From Lenisia limosa (taxonomy: Eukaryota > Protista > Breviatea): 34,728 nucleotides of DNA. The notes under the pieces were generated by a model. The model saw nothing but the letters and a program-made list of their open reading frames with translations, was not told the DNA's origin and made no database searches. This document shows, in pieces, positions 10,937 to 23,036 of this stretch. Position 1 is the stretch's first letter, and each line of letters starts with the position of its first letter. The position numbers were made by a program, and so were the translations under genes. The DNA is taken from positions 1 to 34,728 of the forward strand of contig LPNZ01011470.1 in NCBI GenBank assembly GCA_001655205.1. The letters run 5' to 3'.

Positions 10937-12948
10937 ATGCTTAAAGTGATATTTACGTTATTGACATTGTTATATTTGACAATGGCTTCCGAGAATCTCA
11001 ACATTCATATCAAGGTATGCTGTACTGAATTACCCAAAGAGCCTCTGAACCAAAAATCCTCGTTCATGAGGTAAAAGTGTTTATTAAAACTGGTGCATAA
11101 TGTTTGTGTTTTTCAATACCCATTCAGATCTATGTTCAACAATGATCAACGCAAATCACATTTCAGCTTGGGTATTCTCTGGAGAACTACTGCATTGCTG
11201 CCAATGCCAAGCTGACTGAATGTTGCCCTGTAAGCTTTTGGCCAAATTATGCGTTTTCTTATATTTTTGGTTCGTCCCAATTGAACTTATAATGATATGA
11301 TATGTACTTCACTTTCTCGCCTGTCTGAACTCTTTTACCACCTTTGATTTAATATTTGCCATATTAATAAGCAATATTATTAAGTGATGGAACTTGACAT
11401 GTACTTTCCATAACCACACAGGAGAACAAGGTCGAACTTCACAATCGCATGCAGCCTCACATCACACTCTACCTTACTTCTTTCACTGATCCTGAGGCAG
11501 TCATTTCGAAGTAGGCTCCGGCAATGGCTAAATATCCAAGGATTATCAATATTATTGGTTTCTAATCTGGTGCCTCCTTAATAATGGTTTCTTAAGTTTG
11601 ACTCTTGACAAATGAAAGCCAGTGGGCTTAGCTATGCGTTTTCAAATGCAGTTGTTGATAACTAACGACATAGTGATGATCATTCCACAGACTCATCTTC
11701 GTTTGTAATTTATTTCATTGAAGAGTAGCAAATATACATTTATTACAACCAAATTAGTCCCTTCTCACTATCAGGCTGAAGGCTTTGGCTCCAACTCTCA
11801 AGAGGACTATGGTTACTCCGAAGGATATCGAAACTATTGGTAGGGGGTCAATCTTTTCGAGAGTTTTTTAGGACGGACGCTTCGTCAGCTCGAACCCTTT
11901 TTCTCCTCTCATCATTGACCTTCATAGGTGCCTTCGGAATGTGGTTCACTGACCTCAACAGTGAAATGCAGGTGGGCTTTAAACCAATAATAAGGTCGAA
12001 GTGTTATCCGAATGAAATCATTATATTTTATCAACTCCCACATGACACCAAATCTATGAGTGTCTATCTGCTACACTCGTGCACACAGTATTTATGATTA
12101 GTTTCCACCTGTGGCGACTGTTACAGACCATAGTGAATGTGCCATTAATAAAGACTTCTTTTGTATTGATACATTCATTACATTCAGGCGCTCTCAGACG
12201 ACATTGTCAACGCCACTAAGGAGTTTATTGTCCCCAACCAGCCCGTCCCTGGTGAGTTTTGGCAACCTTGTCATCAACCCGTTATCGATTGGGTTTTGCA
12301 CACTGTTTTCATTCCATAGAATGGGTGAAGCATTTGCCTGAGCCAATGCGTTCCAAGAAGATCCACTACATCAAGGCCTACGGATCCCCCAATGTTTTCG
12401 ACCAGTTCCAGCCCCAGTATGTGTTGCTTCACTATATATTATTCTATCTATATATCATATAGTATATCATATCAAACACACCACTGTAGAAACACTTTTT
12501 AAAAACTTAAGGAAGAGAGGGGTAGGAGTTGACATCATTTGTTGTTTCCTTTGTGTTTATGTTCTTTTGTCTCTTACCCCCCCCCCCCCANNNNNNNNNN
12601 NNNNNNNNNNNNNNNNNNNNNNNNNNNNNNNNNNNNNNNNNNNNNNNNNNNNNNNNNNNNNNNNNNNNNNNAAGTGTCTCCAGGAGATGAACCTCCAAGG
12701 CTTCGGCTCAATCACAATGACTGTTGCCGTCGGCGTTGTTGGTAGGCGGGGTAAGGGGAGGCTGTAATGCTGTTGCCAAGGTAATACAAGAACGCTTCAT
12801 GGTCTATTGAGATCGTGATACTGATCTATGCGTTTTTATATCCTCTAATAGATGTTTTTTTTTTGCTGAACGGTTTGTGATCATCTTAGGTCCCTATGGC
12901 ACAGTCCTGAGGGGAGAGGACTTGGCCAGTTTCCCAATCGGCTTCTGA
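10937..12948 (+). CDS. 2H phosphoesterase superfamily protein with N-terminal signal peptide
   Basis: In-frame ATG at 10937: MLKVIFTLLTLLYLTMASENLNIHIK / LGYSLENYCIAANAKLTECCP / ENKVELHNRMQPHITLYLTSFTDPEAVISK / LKALAPTLKRTMVTPKDIETI / GAFGMWFTDLNSEMQ / ALSDDIVNATKEFIVPNQPVP / EWVKHLPEPMRSKKIHYIKAYGSPNVFDQFQP(H?) / gap / KCLQEMNLQGFGSITMTVAVGVV / GPYGTVLRGEDLASFPIGF-TGA. The first H-x-T motif is seen directly. The second is split by an intron (CA|) and its remainder lies in the gap at 12591-12670. Confidence 0.78.
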
Positions 12949-13291
12949 GTCCTGAGTAATAAGGCCTCACGTACGTCCTTAAGTGGATCGTTCAAATGAC
13001 TTGTTTGTTACTGGCTTTGCCAGATGAATGGAAATTGTTTGCCAATCCAGGTGAAAAGAAACTTACACACTATATTACAAAAAAAAGATCAAGAATCACT
13101 ATACACATCAACAGGGGGAAGACCTCTTACAATACAAGATTTCAAAACTAGATAATTTGCTGCATCTGGAGCAGAGGAGAGTCAGCCCGGACCTTTAAGG
13201 TAAACATTATCGTCATAGTACAAGAAAATGACTAGGTCCTTATTTCTACCTACAAAATTTATATTCTGAGCATTTCCTACCTTCTCTGGCT

Positions 13292-16200
13292 CTACCATGC
13301 CTCCTTCGCCGGGAGCGAATGATTGTGGTTGTCGCTCCAAGACATCCCACCTGTTTGGTGAAGACTGTTGATCAAAATCCAATAAATGTTCGATACAACG
13401 ATCATAGTGTGACAGAACAGGCAAGCCTACTGAGATCCGACAGATCCGAAAGAGGAAACTCCTCCTCCGTGTCCGGGGTCCAGATCTGATCCGACAGCCT
13501 GCAAAGTCAGATTGAATTAGTGAATTAGTTACAAGTACATTAGTAGAAAAACGATCTCTGTTTCTCTGTTTCCACTCCTCGTATTCATGTCCTGTCATCC
13601 CCTCTCAAGAATAGAGAATATCCCCATGCCTCACTTCAAGTGGTCCTTCTTGGGGGTTGGCGAACGCCCGTTTTGCCTGCCGCGCTGACGGGAAGCCCTC
13701 CCCAGTGGCGACCTAAACCGTCACAAGACAGTCGAAAAAATGACCATTTCCTTCATTGTGACCTGGAAGACCATAAAAGATCCTTAAACAAGGGCTTTCA
13801 CTTCGGTTCAAAAAAAAAAGACCACATTTAACGACAAATCATCGAATACTATCGATATTTTACCGGTCTTTTTTGAACCAAAGTGAAGCCCTACTTAGAC
13901 CCACCCCCCAACTTGGGCTCTTCCAGCGCCGAGGGATGGAGGAGTGACGTACCCGGTAGAATCGGTGGAGCTGGGGAATCGCTAATGGGTCAGAAATGAT
14001 TTCGTTCTCAACCTGTCAAAAAAGTAATGAAGAAGACGGGATGACCATTATTCGATAACGAGGAACTTCCAGTCAGTTGATTCTAGCCAACATGCTTCTT
14101 TAGTGTTTATGTGTATTGATGAATTATCGAAGCTTAGTTGAAACAGATTTGGAAAACCACAAGAAGTGAAGCGCTTTCTTTAGGAGCAAAGATTCACCCC
14201 CCAAACCTCACCATCGAGGATTCTTTCGAAATTGTGGACAAATCAAATTCTAGAGTGTCAAGCAGAGAATATTAAAACGAATATTCATTGCTTCTTATGG
14301 AACATGAGTAAATCCATTCAATGCTCTTAGTTGTATGGGAGAGCTTACCAAAAGAGGCATCGGTGGTTTGACTCGGCCGTTTCTTCTTCTTTGAGCAACA
14401 CACCACTGAAAAGTCATTCCAAATACTGAATTCTTTTCAAAATGGAGTTGAGCTTGTTGGGCTGTTTCTCTGACTCAGCTTGGATATCTCACGCTCTCCC
14501 CCATCTTTTTTTTTCATTATTCCAGACCCCCTTTCCTTTTCATTATTCCAGACCCCCTTTCCTTTTCATTATTCCAGANNNNNNNNNNNNNNNNNNNNNN
14601 NNNNNNNNNNNNNNNNNNNNNNNNNNNNNNNNNNNNNNNNNNNNNNNNNNNNNNNNNNNNNNNNNNNNNNNNNNNNNNNNNNNNNNNNNNNNNNNNNNNN
14701 NNNNNNNNNNNNNNNNNNNNNNNNNNNNNNNNNNNNNNNNNNNNNNNNNNNNNNNNNNNNNNNNNNNNNNNNCGTGGTGATAACCTGCATCACGTTAGCT
14801 TTGGTGCAGAAAACAGTCTTTCAATAACCCTATTGTGAGACGGATACAAGAAAAGTGATTCTACTTATTCCTTGGGGCAAGAGTTCAACTGACCTGGTCC
14901 GCAGCAGAGGCGCCGTCATCTTTGATGGCGTTCGTGGAGTCAGCTGAGGGGTGAGGGGGGAGCCAAAGCAGAGATGGTGAGAATAAGCGTGTGAAGGCGA
15001 TAAACAACTTAATGATCCTCCTTAGTACAGTTGCTTCCTAGCTTACATTGAATACACAGCCAGGCCGGGCCTTGCCATTGTCCACTGGAGGAACAGGTTT
15101 TCACATCTGTGGTGCTGGCACTAAATGGTCACGTGACTTGATAATAACCATGGTTCCTAATCAGCTTGGTCATAGCAGCCATAGTTATTCAAAATGTTGT
15201 TCCAAGAATTGACACACAAAACTCCCACAAACACATAACCTTCTTGGCATTCAAACGAGCACTAAAACAGTAAATAATGGGCAACATAGCTTAAAGCTAT
15301 GCGTTTCAAAAAAGAGGGTATGGAAAGGGTGGAAAGATACAATATCAATCCTCTCCTGTCCTCCAGTCCACTCACAATATCTCCAATAGAAGCATCAGTA
15401 CACTTTTCAGCCATTACAGCGAATTCTATTGTCAGAGTTGGGCACTTGATTGCTGCAGAGTGTCATTGGGAAGATAAAAAAGACCCAGTGACAAAACAGG
15501 AAGAGCATCCCATGTTGACTTGAAAAAAAGTGACAAAAGACCCTCGCCCCCGAAGCTCACGAGCACAAATGATATCGCTGATAGCAGTGCACTTGGACGA
15601 CACCATCTCTGCAGCGCTGCAAGTTGAGCAAAGAGTGCAGGTTCCGTTCACCTCATAGCGGACGTTTGGGGTACACACTNNNNNNNNNNNNNNNNNNNNN
15701 NNNNNNNNNNNNNNNNNNNNNNNNNNNNNNNNNNNNNNNNNNNNNNNNNNNNNNNNNNNNNNNNNNNACCAATTCCCCTTACTTTTACAAACTGCCTCGT
15801 GAGTGGCGTTACAAGGAGTGGCCACCTCATAACCAGCTTCACAGGGAATGCAAGGGGTACACGTCCCTCCTCCAGGGGATGTGGTACCCTCATCACAGTC
15901 TGAATCGGTAAAACGGGGGTTAAAACAATTATTCATTTTTCTAAAATGAAAAAAAGCTACTCCCCCAATGGTTAGTACCTACATTTACATTGGGTATCGT
16001 GGGTGACATTGCAAGACTTGTCAAGGGTCATACCTACTCCGCAGGAGCTATTGAGTCAGTACATAGTGCCCAAAAATGTCATTAGAGTAGTGTGTTATTA
16101 TATAGTATATATTACTAGACTATATCAAAATAAAACAACACAATCCCCTTCCCACATGCATTCCTTACAAAGCCCAGTATCATAGTCCCAGGTGTAAGAC

Positions 16201-19200
16201 GCAAGCGGGCAGTCTACGGAGTAAGTCCTTTCCCATAAAAACAGCTATTGAGGATAGTGAGACAGCAGGTGAAGACGTCTGAGAAGAAATGGTACGGATT
16301 GAAACACTCACCTCTGCAAATGGTGTCTGTGGTGGTGTTGCAGGTCTGGTGGGTACCTATATAATCAGATAATACCAAAAAAAATTATCACTTTATTCAA
16401 TGTAGTGAAGCACGAGTCAAAATACAACAATATAGTATGGCATACCTTTCAAGGGGTCGCATTGAGTACAGTTCATGCACGCTGCCCCTCCAACACTCCA
16501 TGTGAGCCCAACTTCACAAGCTGATAGACATAAGAATAGATAATACTAATTGATCACGTCCATCAAAACCAACATATTCATTAACTCTTTAGGGACGACT
16601 CACCAGCACATCCAGTGTCAGCGTCTCTCAAGCATGCTGTTGACGGTTCAAAGCCGTCCTCTGTGCAGACTCTAATTGGGATAAGAAATATTAAGCTGGA
16701 TAGCTATCTGGTCTACCACTGTGATCTCAAGGCAAACCGGCAAGGGACACATATTCCGTCTTTCAAGGTTGTCACTCCATCATCACAGAAGTTCAGCGGA
16801 CTATCCACGAAATGTGCAATGTTGTCTATATGTTATAAGGGGGAGTAGTAAAAGGATATCTGAACAAAGCTATCTAACACCATCATAAAATAGAGTATCA
16901 TCTCACCAATAACAGCGAATTTGAAAGACGACGAGAGCGTCTTGCCATGGTTCTTCCAACACTCGTCGGAGGGCTGGCTAATGGAAGCTGATACGGTACA
17001 ATTGTACATGGCCTTAGCACTAGGTTGTCAAAGATGCATTGAGTTGTAGTTTTTGAGCCTGATAGCCAATTTCTATTGATCTCACGAATTATCCATTAAC
17101 CTAGCAGTGAGACTGAAGCTTTGAACTGAGCTCGCGGCGGCGGAAATGGTGGTAAATCTAGAGTTGGTTGGCGTGATTGCGACTACGCCCCCATCACACT
17201 CCATCAGAATAGTGTAGGAGGCTCCGGCCTGGGGTGTTAAAAGGTAAAAAAAAACAATTTATTCATGTTGTATACAGCTTTATTATCCAGAAGTAATATG
17301 CAAGCTTTTCTGCCCCCCCCCCCACTAGTCCTGTATTCTCCACAGTCACGTCCAAGTCAATAGTGCCAACGTTGAGGGTCGCGCTACAAAGTCAATAGTG
17401 ACTCAGCCGCTCCCAAACTGTTCACACCAATATCCCTCCCACGCAAGAACCATATTGCCGTCAGAGTTGACTTGGGCGTTAGGGGTGGCGGCAGGGGTGA
17501 GGTCGGCTTCTTGCCATTCTGTAATTGGTCAAGTGTTGGATGGTGATAAAAAAAACAGTAACTGAGGTCTTCAATTACTGTGATTCCCTCTCAATACAGT
17601 GCTAAGAGTTCACAGTAGCATACCAATGAAGCAAGGGGTCTCGAACCAAGAGCTGAACGTTTCAATGGTGTAGTCACAGATGGCACCAGGCTGGTTTGAG
17701 GAATACAAGGCAAAATGGGGGAAGGAGATTGACGCTTGGCAAGTCCTATGGATTAGAATTGTCTGTAGAAACTGAAAATATTTTCTCTAATATTGTTGTG
17801 TAATTTCCTTTCTGTGAAAAATGTCTGGCGTACTGATTTTCGGACTTGTCGGCAGTGACAACGATGTAGCTGACAACGCCAGTGCTGCCGGAAGGAATGT
17901 TGACAGTGTTGCTTCCAACGACTGTATGATCAAAAGGTTGGTGAAGAACGGTAGTACTTATATATTTGAATATGAAAAGCACACGCTCCTCTGTCTTTTT
18001 TGTTTACATGGACAACTCACCAGATGTGAGCCAGCCTCCGGTGCATGCGAGGGTGACGGTAAAGTCTGACCCAGCCTGGATAGTGTGAAAACGGATGGAG
18101 ATTATATCCGTGGTTTTTGGGTTGAATCCACCAACAATCACTTTTATTCAGAAATGCAATATCTAAACCCCCAATGGCAATGCCTATCTAGAACCCCCAA
18201 TGCAATGCCTACGGTTCCGGCGTTTGTGACATTGACGTCCACTCTGTTGTTGCTATTGAGAACATATGTGGTGGCTGTCACGCCGCTACAGGCCTCTGGA
18301 GAAGTTAAGGAAGATGACAAAATGTTGCCCTGATTCATATGATGAGATATCCAACTTTCTGGTTTTAATCCCACGAATCTCATCACTAAAAGAAAAAAAA
18401 AATAGCCAGAACACGTGAGATAAATGTGAACAGAATTGATACCCACTTGTGTTGTCCCAGGCAGCACGGGGAGCGCCAGTGGAGGGGGCCTAAAGGGTCA
18501 GAGGGGAAAACGCATCATATCACTTTTTGGATCATTTTCAAACGTGTGAACTATCATTTTCCACGCAGTGATATGATACCTCACATCCACTCGTATGATA
18601 AATGACCGATTATCAAACGAGTGGAAATGAGGTATTATATCTGTAACACTCGGGATGAACCCTCGTGTTATCTTCGTTCATTATTTCTACTTGAAAGTCG
18701 GTCATATGATCATATCACTTGTGGATATGGGTTAACATTCTTATTAAGTTATTACATTGAAATTCCAATATACTTTCACGGTAATACTGATATTAAGTTG
18801 ATGTTACAGTGAGATNNNNNNNNNNNNNNNNNNNNNNNNNNNNNNNNNNNNNNNNNNNNNNNNNNNNNNNNNNNNNNNNNNNNNNNNNNNNNNNNNNNNN
18901 NNNNNNNNNNNNNNNNNNNNNNNNNNNNNNNNNNNNNNNNNNNCACGTCATACACGTGGTCCTCAATGTTATGAAGAACCTGATGCATGATGAGGTTGGT
19001 CGTTTAATATATAACTTCAAGTATGATCTAATAACCCAATTCGAAGCATCCCTGTTCCCTTTTTCCAGGCGTCCAAACTCCACCAAACACCGTCTAACAA
19101 CATTTAAAACTGTCAAAGAGACTTTTAGGTTTNNNNNNNNNNNNNNNNNNNNNNNNNNNNNNNNNNNNNNNNNNNNNNNNNNNNNNNNNNNNNNNNNNNN

Positions 19201-22200
19201 NNNNNNNNNNNNNNNNNNNNNNNNNNNNNNNNNNNNNNNNNNNNNNNNNNNNNNNNNNNNNNNNNNNNNNNNNNNNNNNNNNNNNNNNNNNNNNNNNNNN
19301 NNNNNNTCTAGTGTTTTTTGAAAAAATGCTTCGACAGATACATAGAGAAATGGACCTCCTAATGTTCNNNNNNNNNNATTATCCATACTAAACCACCCTA
19401 CATCATTTCTCGTATCCCAGGCAGTGTGACTGTCGAGGCATGCTCTCCAGTAATGCGAAGAGTAACCCGAGTCAAATGTGGGTGAGTTGTCTGGGGGGGT
19501 GACAAAAGACAAAAACAAAACTCACAAATATATTGAATGAATATAAAACGCCCTTTGAGTTATTACATCTTACACATAATAAATAATATGTGGGTCCTCA
19601 AAGCTCCGGACATCATTCAAAATTCCCGGACACATCAAAACTCCCNNNNNNNNNNNNNNNNNNNNNNNNNNNTGGTTCCCATTTGCTTTGGCTATGTAAT
19701 GGTGAATTTTGAGGAAAAAATGCTAAAAAATAGCACTGTCTACAGGGGTAAACTTTCCCGGATAGTTGCCATTTATTCCTTGAATGTGGCCTTTTATAAC
19801 GGTTTTTGCTTGTTTTTGACCGTTTTGAGCTTAGGGACTTAATTTGGTTTTGACCCGATAATATGTTAAATTGGTGTTTCATTATTTGATTAAGATTGAG
19901 ATTACTTTCAAAAACAGAAGGGAAATAGGGTTTCTGGGTGGTTTATGGTGATTTTGTATGGAAAACTCAAGCTGTCCGGGAGTTTTGATGTGTCCGGGAA
20001 TTTTGAATGATGTCCGAAGCTTTGAGTACCCACATATATGATATATGATATGTAAGTTCCCAAATAGACGTATGTGCTTATTACCTACCAGGAAGGTTGT
20101 ACGTGTAAATCGACTTCATCGTGGGGGTAGGAGGCATGATGTGGAAGTTGGTGTTTGGTACCACAGGGGGAACAAAGGTGCTGCAATGTCAATGTAGGTA
20201 AAAACAAAAGCTAAATGTAAGGAATTGGTCGTTCATTTTTCAAAAATAAAAGCCAAAAATTTCAGGAGAAACAAGAGGCTCACTTTGCAGTGGTCAGAGA
20301 AATGTCACTCACGGTGCCGGAAAATCCGACAATATCAGTTGCTGGGGGGGGGGGGTGAAATAAAATATGNNNNNNNNNNNNNNNNNNNNNNNNNNNNNNN
20401 NNNNNNNNNNNNNNNNNNNNNNNNNNNNNNNNNNNNNNNNNNTCTGTCATAAAATATGAACATCATCCTATTTGATATGAAAAAAGACCAGGTCTACAGT
20501 TCAATGACTGAGCCCTCATACTGGTTCCGACGGAGTTAGTGAAGCCTAGTGAGAACTGTTGGGTTGTTGACGTGGGAGTAACAGAGTCCAAGATGAATCG
20601 TCTAAAGAGGAATGAGAAATTGTGGTTTCAAGGTAATGGGTTTGGAAAAAAAAAGAGAAATAAATAACGAGTGAATTACTTCAAAAAATGCCTTTCGTAC
20701 CCATATTTGAGTTGGTAGACAAAGGAATGCGAGAGCCCCTTGTATGGAGCAAAAGGAGTGAAGGGGTCACTGCAGGTGGTGGCAGTCATGTTCAACTGCA
20801 GAATTAGAACAGCTTCTATACAAAACCGTAATAGCAATAGAAGAGAAATCCAGTCTTAACCCAATAAAATGTCGCTCACGATTCTGTCAGCCGGTATCGA
20901 TGAAGCGGCCAAATTGATACCATAGAGGTTGTTGAGATTGGAGTGCGCGTAAAAGTAGCGTCCTGTTGAGGATTCGTAGGCAACGTGAGGTTCGGATCTG
21001 TGATCCGTAACGGCAGATTAAAATAAGATTGATCTCGCTTATAATGAAAAAAGAGATAATTACTAGCTTTTGAACAGAGTACTAGCAAACAGGGTCATAA
21101 GGGATGCGAAGGTTGTTGCAGCATCAACGGCTGGGATAGCGTCTAAAAGTAGATGACAAGGAAAGTTGTTTAAATAAGGATATTCCTCAATATTTCGATT
21201 TTTTTCAAAAAAACAAACCAAGGTTGTCAACAGAAGGCTCTTTTGTCGAGTAGAGATCCGGGAAATCGTCAGGTGAGGCGGCTGTAATATGATATCGCGA
21301 AAGAGAGTCGAATGAATGACGGGGTAAGATTACGAGATTGAAAAGGGAATGTCGCTATGAGAAATCAAAAGAGGTAGTGGTGAATAATCTCTTTTGTCCT
21401 ACATTGGACAGCAACTGACACTCCCCCCCGCGCCGCCCACGAGAATAATAATCGAAACCGTTAGAGATGTGCGAGTGTGTATAGCCGTAAGACCCAAGCA
21501 TATCGTCTCCCGACATGCTCCCGGAGAACGTTTGTTTCGGCTCTGAGTGCAGTGAAAACGGACAGTGTGTATCCTCTGAATCATAGAATCACCAAACATT
21601 AAATATGGTTGACAACACAGTCACAAACACCCCACCCCCACGAACCAAAATAAGTCGCATTGACAAAGCCGCCAGGTGCCGCCACATAAGCGTCCCCGTT
21701 GTACATAAAGGCTATGCCTTCAAAGTCCACAATGGCGCTGCCGTAGCCCTTGATTGTGGCCGTCAGCGTCATTTCCTGGGGTATCAAATGATAGCGTTGA
21801 TCATCATCCCATCTAGCTACCTTTTAAAAAGCCCGAATATGGAGAATAGATAGTAGTAGTGGCAAAGAAGACATACCGTGGGAGTAGTGGTGATGTTTGC
21901 AGACAGGACTTCGGGGGTCGGTGGGACGAAGGGCTGGGTGTCGGCCTGGGGCTATGAAGGCGAAAAGGGGTACAAGAGAAGAAAGGTTTACCGTGTCCCC
22001 CCATACATCATGCCATTTGCAGCGGACTTTAGAGGTATCCGGGGTAATAAAACCAGGGCAAATATCCGAAGCTCCTTCAAGGTTAGTCACTGATAATCTG
22101 AATTAAGCTGGGGCAAGCGTTTCTCCAAAAACGACATATGTCCTTCACTTTACCCCCCCCCCCCCNNNNNNNNNNNNNNNNNNNNNNNNNNNNNNNNNNN

Positions 22201-23036
22201 NNNNNNNNNNNNNNNNNNNNNNNNNNNNNNNNNNNNNNNNNNNNNNNNNNNNNNNNNNNNNNNNNNNNNNNNNNNNNNNNNNNNNNNNNNNNNNNGAAGC
22301 TACCCGTGACAGAGAGGAACAGATTGGAGAGCACCATTACAAAGTAATGACTACACGTTGTTAATAAGAGGAACGACGGAATGTGATATGAGGCCACAAA
22401 AAGCACGATGAACACTGATTTCCTCCCAGCTAACTCTGCCACCGGAAGAGCTCCAGCAAAGTCTAGTTTAATTTCGGTGTTTGACACGAGAGTCACGGTG
22501 GAAGGCTCCATAAATGTGTTGAGATCCTTGGCAACAAGGGAGATCTGGGTGATGGTGAGACAAGTGAAACCGAAAAATTTGCATTTAGCTCTTATATTCA
22601 ACATATATATCGATTAAAACAAATTTCCCTGCGTTGAGGTGGTAAAAGAAGTACTGCTTCGCTTACAGGAGGTTGACGAGTGCCATTTCCGACAAAACGG
22701 TACTGATTAGTGAACCAGGTATTAAACTGTGCATTATCATAACTAAAAGAAATCAAAAGCTGTGAAAATGTGATAAAAGGGGAATAGTATCTAAAATCGT
22801 ACAAAAATATCGTTAACCAATCACCTTGTAATGGGCAAATCGTTCTCCAAAAAGGTTCCAGCACGAAGAACTAAGTCTGATTCAAAAGTGAGGGTGATCT
22901 GAGCGTCAGCTGAAGGAAGAACAGAGCCAGAAGGGGGGCTGACTACTGAGACATATTGGCACCCATTGATTGAATGAGCGCTAAAGCCCGTGTATACAAG
23001 TTGAAGTATCACCAAAATAATTAACCGGTGGTCCAT
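13292..23036 (-). CDS. Large type-I cell-surface protein: signal peptide, beta-rich/Ig-like ectodomain, 5 or more TNFR-type Cys-rich repeats, Sushi/CCP domain, inferred TM, cytoplasmic tail
   Basis: ATG at 23036: MDHRLIILVILQLVYTGFSAHSINGCQYVSVVSPPSGSVLPSADAQITLTFESDL. Roughly 40 short GT-AG exons follow. The repeats include CEVGLTWSVGGAACMNCTQCDPLKGTHQTCNTTTDTIC, CPLASYTWDYDTGLCKECISCGVGMTLDKSCNVTHDTQC, CDEGTTSPGGGTCTPCIPCEAGYEVATPCNATHEAVC and CTPNVRYEVNGTCTLCSTCSAAEMVSSKCTAISDIIC. The Sushi domain reads KCPTLTIEFAVMAEKCTDASIGDICSFECQEGYVFVG...KTCSSSGQWQGPAWLC. Then VMQVITT runs into a gap, followed by VCCSKKKKRPSQ and a tail ending SLPAKEAW-TAG (13292-13294). Joining the exons below 14.5 kb to this gene is inferred. 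Confidence 0.8.
13791..13892. mobile_element. ~100 bp hairpin/MITE-like element, copy 1 (intronic)
   Basis: The arms AGGGCTTTCACTTCGGTTCAAAAAAAAAAGACC and GGTCTTTTTTGAACCAAAGTGAAGCCCT are near-perfect inverted repeats around a core ACGACAAATCATCGAATACTATCGATATTTTACC. A homologous copy lies at 29675-29771. Confidence 0.7.
14511..14578. repeat. Intronic tandem repeat, 26 bp unit, at least 2.6 copies, running into a gap
   Basis: Unit TTTTCATTATTCCAGACCCCCTTTCC starts at 14511, 14537 and 14563. Confidence 0.9.
18570..18670. repeat. Two adjacent intronic inverted repeats (hairpins)
   Basis: GATATGATACCTCACATCCACTCGTATGATAA (18570-18601) pairs with 18610-18641 (28 of 32 matches, 8-nt loop). It is followed immediately by TAACACTCGGG-ATGAA-CCCTCGTGTTA (18644-18670). 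Confidence 0.75.
19589..20034. mobile_element. MITE (non-autonomous TIR DNA transposon) in an intron of the surface-protein gene
   Basis: The left end TGTGGGTCCTCAAAGCTCCGGACATCATTCAAAATTCCCGGACACATCAAAACTCCC (19589-19645, then gap) matches the reverse complement of the right end (to 20034) at 55 of 57 positions. TA lies on both sides (19587-88, 20035-36). The TIR contains repeated CGGACA motifs. No coding capacity is seen. Confidence 0.85.

Noticed and set aside
13182-13598. 138-aa minus-strand ORF as a separate gene
   Set aside because: It overlaps three small terminal exons of the surface-protein gene and is in frame only for the first; the rest is off-frame or intron.
18793-19518. Long ORFs (241 aa and 170 aa) as a possible transposase inside the long intron
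   Set aside because: Mostly X from gaps, with no DDE, RT or Rep motif. The only convincing part (DNSPTFDSGY...) is an exon of the host gene.
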